Origin: Longimicrobiales bacterium
GTDB lineage: Bacteria; Gemmatimonadota; Gemmatimonadetes; Longimicrobiales; Gaopeijiaceae
DNA length: 64,000 nt
Direction of reading: 5' to 3'
Assembly (NCBI GenBank): GCA_965238005.1
Contig: OZ250165.1
Span: forward strand, 3,168,001 to 3,232,000
A program made the translations under genes and the position numbers. Position 1 is the stretch's first letter, and the number at the start of each line of letters is the position of its first letter. Shown here one piece after another: positions 41,148-50,687 of the stretch. The notes under the pieces are model-generated. The model saw only the letters and a list, made by a program, of their open reading frames with translations, made no database searches and had not been told where the DNA came from.

Positions 41148-41771
41148 GTGGGCAAGGCCGTCGGGAGTCGACCGCGGCTCCTCCTACTGGACCTCTTGGC
41201 GCAGGGGGAGAAGACGGTGGAGACCCTCGCGCGTCAGGCCGGGCTCACGGTAGGGAATACCAGCGCTCACCTGAAGGGGCTTAGGCACGCGTCGCTCGTG
41301 TCCACTCGCAAGGAGGGAGCCCACGTCTATTACCGACTTGCCAGCCTCCGTGTCCACGAGTTTGTGCGGTCCTTGCAGGCCCTCGCGGGTGGGCAACTGG
41401 CCGAGGCGAGAGAGATCATCGACGACTACTTCCATGATCCGGACGTGCTGGAGCCGGTTCACTCCACCGATCTCCTCGATCGGTTGCGCGCCGGTGAAGT
41501 GACCGTGCTCGATGTACGTCCGCCGGATGAGTACGCGGCTGGACACATCCCCGGGGCGATTTCCATGCCGGTAGGCGAGATCCAACAGCGTTTGGCAGAG
41601 CTGCCGTCCGACGGAGAGATCGTCGCCTATTGCCGAGGTCCGTATTGCATCTACGCCGTTCGCGCGGTCGAGGCGCTTCGGAGGGTCGGGTTCCTAGCGC
41701 GGCGGCTGGAAGAAGGCATTCCTGATTGGACCATCCGCGGCCTGCCCGTGACGGTGGGCGCCGCACCTTGA
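41148..41771 (+). CDS. ArsR/SmtB regulator fused to a rhodanese domain
   Basis: SAHLKGLR..RKEGAHVYYRL HTH; LDVRP..GHIPGA..AYCRGPYC rhodanese. Conserved-looking residues (KLELFEHFAR) extend upstream of the GTG without an ATG, so the start is uncertain. Confidence 0.88.
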   Translation: MGKAVGSRPRLLLLDLLAQGEKTVETLARQAGLTVGNTSAHLKGLRHASLVSTRKEGAHVYYRLASLRVHEFVRSLQALAGGQLAEAREIIDDYFHDPDVLEPVHSTDLLDRLRAGEVTVLDVRPPDEYAAGHIPGAISMPVGEIQQRLAELPSDGEIVAYCRGPYCIYAVRAVEALRRVGFLARRLEEGIPDWTIRGLPVTVGAAP

Positions 41772-41857
41772 CCATTCGTCAGACCTGACGAGTACCGGAC
41801 ACCAACGGATCCGAGACCTTAGCGAGTCCTGATCCTCAATCAATCGAGGGAGTAACG

Positions 41858-42600
41858 ATGCTTTTTCGCCAGTATCTGGACACAGAACCCGTGGTCGCGG
41901 CTTCCTACCTTCTCGGATGTCCGACGGGGGGAATCGGGGCGGTAGTCGACCCCATCGGAGACATCGGGCGTTACCTGAAGGAGTCGGAGGCGGGAAGCCT
42001 GCCGATCCGCTACGTGATCGACACCCATGTGCATGCCGATCACATCTCCAGCGGGCGGGAGCTCGCCCAGGCGGCCGGAGCCGAGTATGTGATTTTCGCC
42101 GGTACGGAGGCGGCCTATTCGTTCCGGGGCGTCGAGGATGGTGAGGTCCTCGATATGGGGAACACCCAGGTCGAGGTGCTCCATACGCCGGGGCACACGC
42201 CAGAGCATATCTCTTTGGTGGTGACCGACTACCGGCGGGGCGACGAGCCGTGGCTCGTGGTGACGGGCCACACGCTCATGGTGGGGACATGGGGCGGACG
42301 GAATTGGCCACCTCGGCCGAGGAGGGGGCGAGGGCGCTCTTCCAGAGCGCGGAGAAGCTAAGGAGACTGCCCGACCATCTTGGGGTGTTCCCCGGGGCGT
42401 TCTCCGGGTCGGTGTGCGGTCGCGGACTCAGCGGGAACCCGAGTTCGACGATCGGCTTCGAGCGCCGGCTCAACCGCGCCTTCGCACTCGAGAACGAGGA
42501 GGAGTTCATCCGCCTAATGCTCGAAGATATCCCGGCCCCGCCGCTCCAGGCCGAACGGATCCGGGCGACGAACCTCGGACTCGATCCCGCCCACGTATGA
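41858..42600 (+). pseudogene. MBL-fold hydrolase (persulfide dioxygenase-like) with a frameshift
   Basis: DTHVHADH and TPGHTPEH; VGDMGRTEL needs one more G in the run at about 42283-42286; continues to GSVCG..STIGFE. May be a sequencing error. Confidence 0.85.
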
Positions 42601-42655
42601 CGAATCTCGATCTCCGTCCCGCCCACGTATGACGAACTTCGGCGTCGATCCCGCC
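42567..42655 (+). repeat. Three imperfect 32-bp tandem copies of the MBL gene end
   Basis: gacgaa(c/t)...cccgcccacgtat at 42567, 42599 and 42631 (last one partial). Confidence 0.8.
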
Positions 42656-42664
42656 GGCCCCTAG

Positions 42665-42842
42665 TGTTCCGTTTCCGAAGTTCGCGAGCCACCAAGAGGG
42701 TCGGGGCGCCGTGGGATCAACGCGGGACGACGCGGCGTAGCGCAAGCGGGCACCGCGCGAAGCGTGGTCGCAAGGAGTCCCAACGCCGAGCCCACGGATG
42801 CACCGTGCCCTCGACTGGCCGAGACACTTTGGTAACGGGACA
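42665..42842. mobile_element. MITE, 178 bp, CTAG-flanked
   Basis: TIRs TGTTCCGTTTCCGAAGT and TGTCCCGTTACCAAAGT (14/17); CTAG at 42661-42664 and 42843-42846; partial second copy at 23362. Confidence 0.85.
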
Positions 42843-42845
42843 CTA

Positions 42846-44159
42846 GTGCCGAGCGACCTGGGGGGTGAGCCGGCGGCGCGTCCATCGGCTTCGGTTCAGC
42901 TTGGACTGGGCGCGAATTGGCAGCAGTTCAGCCTCCTGGTGCTCATCAACGGGTTCGTGGGCGCCATGGTCGGTCTCGAACGCACGGTGCTGCCCCTCTT
43001 GGCCGAAGAGGAGTTCGGGCTGGCGTCCAGTACGGTGGTTCTCTCGTTCCTGGTCCCCTTCGGGCTGGTAAAGGCCGCGACGAATTTCTTCGCGGGGCGG
43101 CTGGGAGATCTCTTCGGACGGAAGCCCATCCTGGTGATCGGCTGGTGTGTGGGAATTCCGGTGCCGCTCATGATCATGTGGGCGCCATCGTGGGCTTGGG
43201 TGGTCGCAGCCAACGTGCTGCTCGGAATCAACCAGGGACTGGCGTGGTCCACGACCGTCATCATGAAGATCGATCTGGCGGGCCCGCGGCAGCGGGGCCT
43301 CGCCATGGGTCTCAACGAATTCGCCGGCTACGTGGCCGTGGCCCTGTCCGCGCTCGGGACCGGATACGTCGCCGCGGCGTACGGGCTTCGGCCGGAGCCC
43401 TTCTATCTCGGGCTCGGCTTCGTGGCGCTCGGCCTGGGACTGTCCGTCCTCTTCGTGAGGGAGACGCGGGGCCACAGCGCGTTGGAGGCGGAGCAGGCAG
43501 ACGGCGCGGCCGGGTCTGCCCCAACCCTCGTACCCCCTCCTCCTGGCACCGCCGTACTCGGTACTCGGGAAATCTTCGCGATGGTGAGTTGGAGGCATCC
43601 CGCGCTGTCCAGCGCCAGCCATGCCGGCCTGGTCAACAACCTGAACGACGGACTCGCTTGGGGGCTGTTTCCGCTTTTCTTCGCCGCGTCTGGATTGGGC
43701 GTAACGAACATCGGAGTCCTGACGTTCGTGTATCCCTTCACGTGGGGGATCGTCCAGCTCTGGGCCGGAGCGTGGTCGGATCGGGTGGGCCGTAAGTGGC
43801 TGATCGTCGGAGGGATGCTTGTCCAGCCGGCGGCGTTGGCGGCTATCGCGATGCTGGATGGATTCGGTCGGTGGCTCGGCGCTTCCGCGCTGCTCGGAGT
43901 CGGCACGGCCATGGTGTATCCGACACTACTAGCCTCCATCGCGGACGTCGCCGATCCAAGCTGGCGCGGTTCGGCCGTCGGGGTGTACCGGCTCTGGCGC
44001 GACAGCGGCTACGCCGTAGGCGGGTTGATGGCGGGCGCGTTGGCCGACCTCTTCGGGATGCGGGCGGCGATCATGGCGGTGGCGGTCCTCACGGGGCTGT
44101 CCGGGCTTGTCGTGGCGAGACGAATGCCGGAGACGCTAGAGCGGACCAACGACGTGTAG
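42846..44159 (+). CDS. MFS transporter
   Basis: INGFVGAMVGLER, GRLGDLFGRK, NNLNDG, SDRVGRK and GVYRLWRD motifs; about 12 TM helices. Confidence 0.9.
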   Translation: MPSDLGGEPAARPSASVQLGLGANWQQFSLLVLINGFVGAMVGLERTVLPLLAEEEFGLASSTVVLSFLVPFGLVKAATNFFAGRLGDLFGRKPILVIGWCVGIPVPLMIMWAPSWAWVVAANVLLGINQGLAWSTTVIMKIDLAGPRQRGLAMGLNEFAGYVAVALSALGTGYVAAAYGLRPEPFYLGLGFVALGLGLSVLFVRETRGHSALEAEQADGAAGSAPTLVPPPPGTAVLGTREIFAMVSWRHPALSSASHAGLVNNLNDGLAWGLFPLFFAASGLGVTNIGVLTFVYPFTWGIVQLWAGAWSDRVGRKWLIVGGMLVQPAALAAIAMLDGFGRWLGASALLGVGTAMVYPTLLASIADVADPSWRGSAVGVYRLWRDSGYAVGGLMAGALADLFGMRAAIMAVAVLTGLSGLVVARRMPETLERTNDV

Positions 44160-44276
44160 CGTCGCGCCTAACGAATCAAGTACTCGGGGCATCTAGAGTT
44201 CGGTTGCGTCGTGCCGGTCTCTTTCGAGTGGTCCCGGCCGAGACACATTACCTCAGGAAACGCCAGGATATCGACA

Positions 44277-45308
44277 ATGTCCATAGGTCCCATCCGTTTC
44301 GTTCGAGCCACGGTCCTGTTCGCGCTCCCGCTGTCATTCTGGGCCGCAGCCGTCAGCGGGCAAGACAGCGATTTCGACATTGACATCGCACGGATAGGAG
44401 TCGGCTCGATGTTCGAGCCGTTTCGCGTTTCCGAGAGCGAGCCGCTGCGGGACGCCATGTCCTCGGGCAAGCTCCAAGGTGACGCCCGTGTCCTCGTCAT
44501 GGACCCCACAGCGGGGCGGCTCGCGTTTCTCACGGACCAGATGGCATATCACCACGTGGCCCAAGGGGAGATCAACGGCGAGCCCTGGATGGTCTCCTTC
44601 TGAGTCGTATGCAACACAGGGGTCGGTCTGACTCCCACGGTAGACGGCAAGGTTCACCACTTCCGGACTCGGGGTATCTACAACGGCCTCTCGATGCTCG
44701 GCGACGAGGAGACGGGGTCCATCTGGAACCATATCACCGGCAGGGCGGTCTACGGACCGCTCGAGGGCTACACCCTTGCGGTCTTCAACCTCCTGCACAT
44801 GACGGCGGAGCAGGCGCTGGACCGCTATCCCGGGCTGTCCGTCGCCATCTCGGACCGTCCGGTCCGTGGTCGCAGAGGGTTCTTCGCCCCCGTCGCTGAT
44901 CGGCTCCCCTTCCTTCGGGAGGGCTTCAGGAGCACGATCGTGCAGGAAGATACACGTCTTCCGACCATGGAGATCGGGCTCGGAGTCTGGACCGAGTCGG
45001 AGCGGCGGTACTATCCCATGGAGGCCGTCCAAGCGGGCGGGGGAGCCATCGTCGATGGCTTCGACGGCAGACGCCTGGCCGTCTATGTAGAGCCCGGGTC
45101 CTACTCTCTGGACGCGTTCTTCACGGAGGAGCAGACGGTCTCAGCGGACGGCTCTCGCGTCACGGTGGGCGAGGAGCTGGTGCTCGAGGGCGGTGTCCTC
45201 CGGGATGCGAGTGGCCGCCAACTCGAGATGGACAGGCCACTTCAGTTGTTCTCGAGGTGGTACGGTTTCGCCCTGACCTTCCCCGGCACCACCATCTACG
45301 GGCGCTAG
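44277..45308 (+). CDS. DUF3179-family selenoprotein (U-V-V-C), secreted
   Basis: ORFs 44211..44603 and 44694..45308 are in frame: YHHVAQGEINGEPWMVSF-TGA(44601)-VVCNTGVGLTP..GIYNG..DEETGSIWNHITGRAVYGPL..RWYGF. Confidence 0.9.
44619..44635 (+). promoter_or_regulatory. Putative SECIS hairpin of the DUF3179 gene
   Basis: GGGGUC-GGUCU-GACUCC at +16..+32 after UGA, with GG at +22/+23. Confidence 0.7.
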
Positions 45309-45336
45309 CGCCCTTTCCACTAGACCGGTGCTGGCG

Positions 45337-46281
45337 TCACTGGACCCAAGCCGGATCGGCGGAGTCCGCGGCTGGCTCACCACCCCGGTATCCGTGGTTG
45401 GACTCGGGCGAGCGGTCGTAGACCGTTTGGCCCTGTCCTTCATTCATGGTCCAATAGCCGCGTAGCCCAACCGAACTGACATCGACGCCCGTCTCAAGAA
45501 CCACCTGAACCTCAGAAGGTGAGAGGCTCCTGGACCACATGGCGGGGTTATCGATCTCACCTGGGAAGAACCAGATGGGCGGCTCCTTGCCACCGGGCGG
45601 CAGAGGGCCGATTTGGCCATGCGTCGCACCCACGCTCAGGAACTGTTGGTTGTTGAACGAGGGGGTGCCGGTCCCCTCACACCGGGCTTGCTCTACGGCG
45701 TCCACATAGAAGACCAGGGTACCAAGGACGTCCCTGGTGACGGCCACATGATGCCACGCGCCGTCGGCAACGAACAGGTTGCCGGACTCACAAACCCCCT
45801 GCGGTACGCAATCATTGTTCGGATAGCAGTAGTTGTCCTCATTGGACGCCTCGAGCATGGCCTCCAAGAACCCGTCCGGTCCCACGTACATCTGCCAGCT
45901 GAGGTTGAAGGAGTTGTCGTCCTCACCCCTTGCGATGACCGCAGCTCGTCCGCCGGGAGGCGTTAGCCGTAGCCAGGCGACGACCGTGAAGACGTCGGTC
46001 GGGAACGAGACGTCCCAAGGGACCAGGACCCGATCGTCCATGCCGTCGAACATCAGGTGAAAGTCTTCTCCGGACTCTGGCGGTGGATCGCCGGGGTCGA
46101 AGGGCGAGGTCGGCTCATCGTCGATCGCCGGGTCCGTGGCGCCCTGCCCTCCGCAGGCGCCGGCCACTCCGAGCATGAGCACGAGCACGAGCGCCCATCC
46201 GCGAGCTCGCCGTGCATCTCTGACCCTGGGCCCTCCCGGAGTCACTCCGGCTGCGCCAACTCGTGCTCGCGCCGGTCTCAC
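45337..46281 (-). CDS. LamG/concanavalin A-like domain lipoprotein
   Basis: AGAC lipobox; FDGMDD, WHHVAVT, GEIDNPAMWSRSLS and GYWTMNEGQG motifs; start uncertain. Confidence 0.8.
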   Translation of the reverse strand: MRPARARVGAAGVTPGGPRVRDARRARGWALVLVLMLGVAGACGGQGATDPAIDDEPTSPFDPGDPPPESGEDFHLMFDGMDDRVLVPWDVSFPTDVFTVVAWLRLTPPGGRAAVIARGEDDNSFNLSWQMYVGPDGFLEAMLEASNEDNYCYPNNDCVPQGVCESGNLFVADGAWHHVAVTRDVLGTLVFYVDAVEQARCEGTGTPSFNNQQFLSVGATHGQIGPLPPGGKEPPIWFFPGEIDNPAMWSRSLSPSEVQVVLETGVDVSSVGLRGYWTMNEGQGQTVYDRSPESNHGYRGGEPAADSADPAWVQ

Positions 46282-46358
46282 GGGGCTCCAGCCTCGACGA
46301 CGAACTGGCCCATCATCCCGACGTCTTCGTGCTCGAGGATGTGGCGGCCCCGGCAGTG
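46278..46358 (-). pseudogene. Orphan C-terminal tail of a multicopper oxidase
   Basis: HILEHEDVGMMGQFVVEAGAP*; its stop overlaps the GTG of the LamG gene (GTGA). Confidence 0.7.
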
Positions 46359-46736
46359 AGTCGCAGCATCTGCCGCCTTGATATCGGACTTTGTCGGTAC
46401 ACGGTGTATCCCTAGTCGCACCGCGCGTTTGCTGTGTCTCGGCACCCGGGTGTCACCCCAACCATGAGCCGGGACACACCGAAGGTGGTTCCGCGCGCTG
46501 AGTAGGAGATGTGCCACAACCTCCGTTCGTTAAGCTCCGGCCCGTGCCCGTGTAGCGGAGGCCATAACGCAGCGGGTCGGCCGAGAACAGCATGGCGGCA
46601 GCCGATAAAACCTGCGTGGTAGCAGCGGGCGAGATGGCCGGAGGTTGTGGGGAAGCTCGAGGTGCAGTCGCCGGGCACCCGAGCACGACGTGGCTTGTGG
46701 CGAGCGCGTCGTGCCCGCGAGACCTATCTTTTGAGA

Positions 46737-48429
46737 ATGCCCGAACGCACGTCACCCGTCGGCACAGCCGTCCTCGACCAGATTCCCAAGGCATTCCGGC
46801 TGGAGAGCATCAAGAGCCGGATCGTGGGCCTCGCCTTGCTGGCCACGCTGATCCCTTCCCTGGGGATGGCCTGGATCTCGTACGTCCAGAACCGCGCCGC
46901 CCTGACCGACAAGATCAATGAAGAGCTACAGAGCGTGAGTGCGCAGACCGCTCGCGAGATCGACCTCTGGCTCAAGGAGCGGCTCTACGACGTCCGGGTC
47001 TTCGCGAGCTCCTACGAGGTAACCGAGAACATCGAGCGCGCTCGACGGACGGACGGCGGCGGTCAAGCGGGCGCTCGGCTCAACGGCTACCTCACGTCGG
47101 TCGAGGAGCGGTTTCCGGACTACGACGAGTTGCTCGTCATCGACCGGCAGGGCCAGCGGCTCGCATCGAGTGCCGAGCGCTCCGGCGACGTTCATCTCCC
47201 ACTCGGCTGGCTCGACCGCGTGGCGGCAGACCAAACGGTGATTGACGCGTACTGGGACGAGCAGCTCGGCCAACCGCTCATGACCGTTGCTGTCCCGGTC
47301 ACCGCTGCGGACCGCACCTTCGTAGGTGCGCTCGTCGCCAACGTCACGTACCGGGCCGTGCTGACCATACTGTTGGTCTTCGCCCCGGGCGATTCGGGCA
47401 ACTTGTACGTGATCGCGCCGGACGGGGCCACGATCGTCAGCTCAGGCGCGGACGCGCGGCCGCTCGCCGAGCGCAAGCTCGCGTCCGCCACGACAGAACT
47501 CCTGTTCGCGAGCGAGGGCAGTCCCGTCACCTACGCCGATCGTGATGGAAACGAGGTCATCGGCACCTTGAAGCGGGTTCCGCGGTTGGATTGGGCGGTC
47601 GTGGCGGAGATCCCGGCGAAGGAAGCCTACGCGCAGGTCGTGCAGCTGCGCGACGTAACGGCGCTTCTTGTCATGGGGCTCCTAGTCGTGGTCGGCTTCA
47701 TCGCGTACCGTTTGGGCCTCCTGATCGTGCGCCCGCTGGATCGGCTGACCGCGGGTGCCGCGGAAGTTGCAGCGGGTGACCTCGCGGTGGACCTGCCCGT
47801 GGGCAAGGGCGAGGTCGGGTACCTCACCGAAGTGTTCAACGGGATGGTCGACCGCCTGCGCGCAGGACGGCAGCAGCTCGAGCACCTGGTGGTGACCGAC
47901 CCGCTCACCGGGATATCGAACCGCCGGCACCTGATGGAGACGCTGGAGAGCGAAATGCGCCGCGCGAAGCGCGCGAAAACGTCGTTCGCGATCCTCATGG
48001 CGGACGTCGACCGTTTCAAGAAGTTCAACGACACGCACGGCCACATCGCGGGAGACGAGGCCCTCAAGACGATTGCAGAGGTCTTGAAGGAGGCGACGCG
48101 CGGGATCGATCGTGTCGCGCGCTACGGAGGGGAAGAATTCCTGGTCGTGCTGCCGGAAACGGGCATCGACGGCGCGGTCAGGGCAGCCGAGCGAATCCAT
48201 GAGCGGCTGGCCAAGCGCGGTGTGGCCGTCGGTCACGGTGACACTGAGCACCGGCGTCGCCGAGTTTCCCACCGACGGCGACTCACCCGAGTCCTTGATC
48301 GCTTCGGCAGACGTGGCGCTCTACCAGGCCAAGCGGGGCGGACGCGACCGGGTGATGCGCGCGAGTCGCCGCCGACAGACAACCGCAGTAAAACCAACGA
48401 AGAGGAAGAAGGAGGAGGACTCCTCGTAG
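46737..48429 (+). pseudogene. Cache-HAMP-GGDEF diguanylate cyclase with a late frameshift
   Basis: TM-Cache-TM-HAMP, TDPLTG, DVDRFKKFND and RYGGEEF; the final VTLSTGVA..ADVALYQAKRGGRDRV is out of frame after about 48230. Confidence 0.85.
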
Positions 48430-49200
48430 CTACTGGCCACCCTCGAGGGGGCTCGTAACGAGGTTGTGGAAGATCCAGCCATCGCGTCCCTGGTCGTCGG
48501 TGATCCGCACCCACTGTTCCGTATACGAGTGCCCCACCAGGGGCGTCGCGGGATCGAGCGTAAAGAGCACACGAAACCCGAGCCCCGGCCCCGCGCGCAC
48601 GTTGCTGCGCCGTGCCGTTTCTAGCGACAGCGGCAGCGCGAACAGCACTTCCCCGGGCTGCCGGTCCCCGCGCTCACCGATGGTGAGCCGGACCTCGCCC
48701 CTGCGGGCCACCCTGCGGGCCTGGCTCGCCAGGTAGAGCGCACCGCCGTAGTTCTCATCGGCGAACTCGGTCGTGCTGAGTACCAGGAGGTGCCGCGCCT
48801 GGGCAGCCTCGGGCACTTCCTCATCTCCCGCAGCTCCGGTCAGGGCCTCCAACGCGATCTCCGCCTCCGCCATCACCGACGCCGCTTCCGCACGACTGGC
48901 CAACGTCTGCAATCGTGCCATTGCGCGCAGGATCTCTTGTCGCGCCGCTTCGAGCTGACGTTGGAGGTCTTCGACCTGTGCGGCGCGTTCCAAGAGTTGG
49001 AGCTGGAGGGTGACGGCGCGCTGTTCGAGGTCCGGATCGCGATCCGGTCCCACGCGAACCACCACCGTGTCGACGACCACCACCGTGTCGGGCGTCGGGG
49101 CGGGTGTCGCCGGCGGGGCGCCGGCGGCGCACGCCGCGAGCGAGACGCCAAACGCGGAGCACAGCGCACTCTCGAGTCGACGAGCCAGTCGGGGCATCAT
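48430..49200 (-). CDS. Coiled-coil lipoprotein with C-terminal SH3b domain
   Basis: LAAC lipobox; SNVRAGPG..WVRI..GWI motif. Confidence 0.75.
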   Translation of the reverse strand: MMPRLARRLESALCSAFGVSLAACAAGAPPATPAPTPDTVVVVDTVVVRVGPDRDPDLEQRAVTLQLQLLERAAQVEDLQRQLEAARQEILRAMARLQTLASRAEAASVMAEAEIALEALTGAAGDEEVPEAAQARHLLVLSTTEFADENYGGALYLASQARRVARRGEVRLTIGERGDRQPGEVLFALPLSLETARRSNVRAGPGLGFRVLFTLDPATPLVGHSYTEQWVRITDDQGRDGWIFHNLVTSPLEGGQ

Positions 49201-49253
49201 GGTAAGAAGATGTACGCGCTCGACCCACACCGCCATGGAATCGACGTCACGCC

Positions 49254-50267
49254 TCAAACCCGCAGCACCACCTTCCCGTAGCTCTCCCGGGACTCGATGA
49301 GACGATGGGCCCGGGCCGCCTCGTCAAAACCGAAGACGTGGCCCACCTGAGGCCGGATACCATGCTCTATGCAGAAGGTCGTCACCTCGTCCCAGGTGGC
49401 CCGCATCCGCCGGAAGTCGGGGAGCAGATAGCCGAGATGGGCCGAGGACATCCCCCGGGCGTTCGTGTACATCTCCTCCAGGCTCATCCGGGGCTTGCCC
49501 CGCCATGCACGCCACCAGGACAGCGGGTTCCAGAGGGAGTAGTCCAGGGCCGCATACCCTGCCACCACCACGTGGCCGAAGGGGGCCAGCGCGCTCTTGG
49601 CGGCGGCGAAGACCTCGCCGCCTACCATGTCGAAGGCGATGTCGATCCCCTCCGCGCCGGCGGCATCCTTCAGGGCCTTCTGCCAGCCGGAGCGTCGGTA
49701 GTTGACGGTCTCGTCGGCGCCTAGCTCCCGGATCCGCTCCAGCTTGAGGTCGGTGCCTGCCGCGCCCACCACGTAGCAGCCGAAGTGGTGAGCGATCTGC
49801 ACCGCGGCCGTGCCCACTCCGCCACCTGCCGGGGAGATGAGGACCCGGTCGCCGGCCCGGAGTCGGCCCATCTCCACGAGGCTCACCCACGCCGTGGCGT
49901 AGTTGACGCCGAAGGCGGCATTCTCCTCCACGCTGAACCCTTCCACCGCCGGCGAGGCCTTGGATTCGTCCACCACCAGCCGCTCGGCGTAGGCTCCGTG
50001 CTGCATCCCCACGACAACCGATTCGCCGGGTCGGCGCTCGACGCCGTCGCCCACCGACTCGATGCGTCCCGTGGCCTCCATCCCCAGGACGTAGGGCAGG
50101 TCGGGGGCCCATCCGTACAGGCCCTTTCGGGAAAGGACCTCGGCGTAGTTGATGCCCACGGCCTCTACCCGCACGGCCACCTGACCCGGTCCGGGGGTGG
50201 GATCGGGCAGCTCCGTGGGTCGGAGGACGTCGGGCGAGCCGTGGCGGTTCAGGAGGTAGCCCTTCAT
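49254..50267 (-). CDS. MDR-family NADPH:quinone oxidoreductase (VAT-1-like)
   Basis: GINYAE, LGMEATG, AGGGVGTA and GKVVL motifs. Confidence 0.9.
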   Translation of the reverse strand: MKGYLLNRHGSPDVLRPTELPDPTPGPGQVAVRVEAVGINYAEVLSRKGLYGWAPDLPYVLGMEATGRIESVGDGVERRPGESVVVGMQHGAYAERLVVDESKASPAVEGFSVEENAAFGVNYATAWVSLVEMGRLRAGDRVLISPAGGGVGTAAVQIAHHFGCYVVGAAGTDLKLERIRELGADETVNYRRSGWQKALKDAAGAEGIDIAFDMVGGEVFAAAKSALAPFGHVVVAGYAALDYSLWNPLSWWRAWRGKPRMSLEEMYTNARGMSSAHLGYLLPDFRRMRATWDEVTTFCIEHGIRPQVGHVFGFDEAARAHRLIESRESYGKVVLRV

Positions 50268-50314
50268 GGCAACACGATGATCACCCCTCTCAGCTCATCG
50301 AAGAAGTTCGTCGT

Positions 50315-50344
50315 ATACGTATCTTTATATCGTGAGTATACGTA
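50315..50344 (+). promoter_or_regulatory. ATACGTA-N16-ATACGTA operator-like motif, copy 3
   Basis: ATACGTA at 50315 and 50338, followed by GGAGG and ATG. Confidence 0.55.
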
Positions 50345-50363
50345 CGGAGGGGCATGTCCAAGA
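50329..50363 (+). repeat. 35-bp direct repeat, left copy
   Basis: atcgtgagtatacgtacggagg-g-gcatgtccaaga; partner at 52308-52343. Confidence 0.85.
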
Positions 50364-50384
50364 GACCACAGGGACACTGCCTCC

Positions 50385-50687
50385 TCACCCGCCAGCGATG
50401 GCGCCGACCACACAGAGAACGTCGCCCCCCGAGGTCACGCACTCGGGGAGCCGCACGTCGGGTTGGTCATGCGACAGGTCCTGCCCGCAGGCGAAGAATC
50501 GTATGAACGCTCGACGCGTTTCGGTTCCGTGGTCGCGGATCGTGCCTCGTAGCATCGGGTAGCGGGACTCCAGAGCGTCGAGCACTGTCGTGATGGTAGG
50601 GGGGTCCGCAACTTCCAACCGCAACTCGCCCACGACCCGAGCCAGGGTTCGCAGGTGCGCCGGTAGCGCGATCCTTACCTCCGTCAT
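50385..50687 (-). CDS. MoaD/ThiS-family ubiquitin-like protein
   Basis: [16 protein letters not shown] and C-terminal AIAGG*. Confidence 0.9.
   Translation of the reverse strand: MTEVRIALPAHLRTLARVVGELRLEVADPPTITTVLDALESRYPMLRGTIRDHGTETRRAFIRFFACGQDLSHDQPDVRLPECVTSGGDVLCVVGAIAGG

Noticed and set aside
42798..42845. ATG at 42798 as the MFS start
   Set aside because: Lies inside the MITE; the native start is at or after the GTG at 42846.
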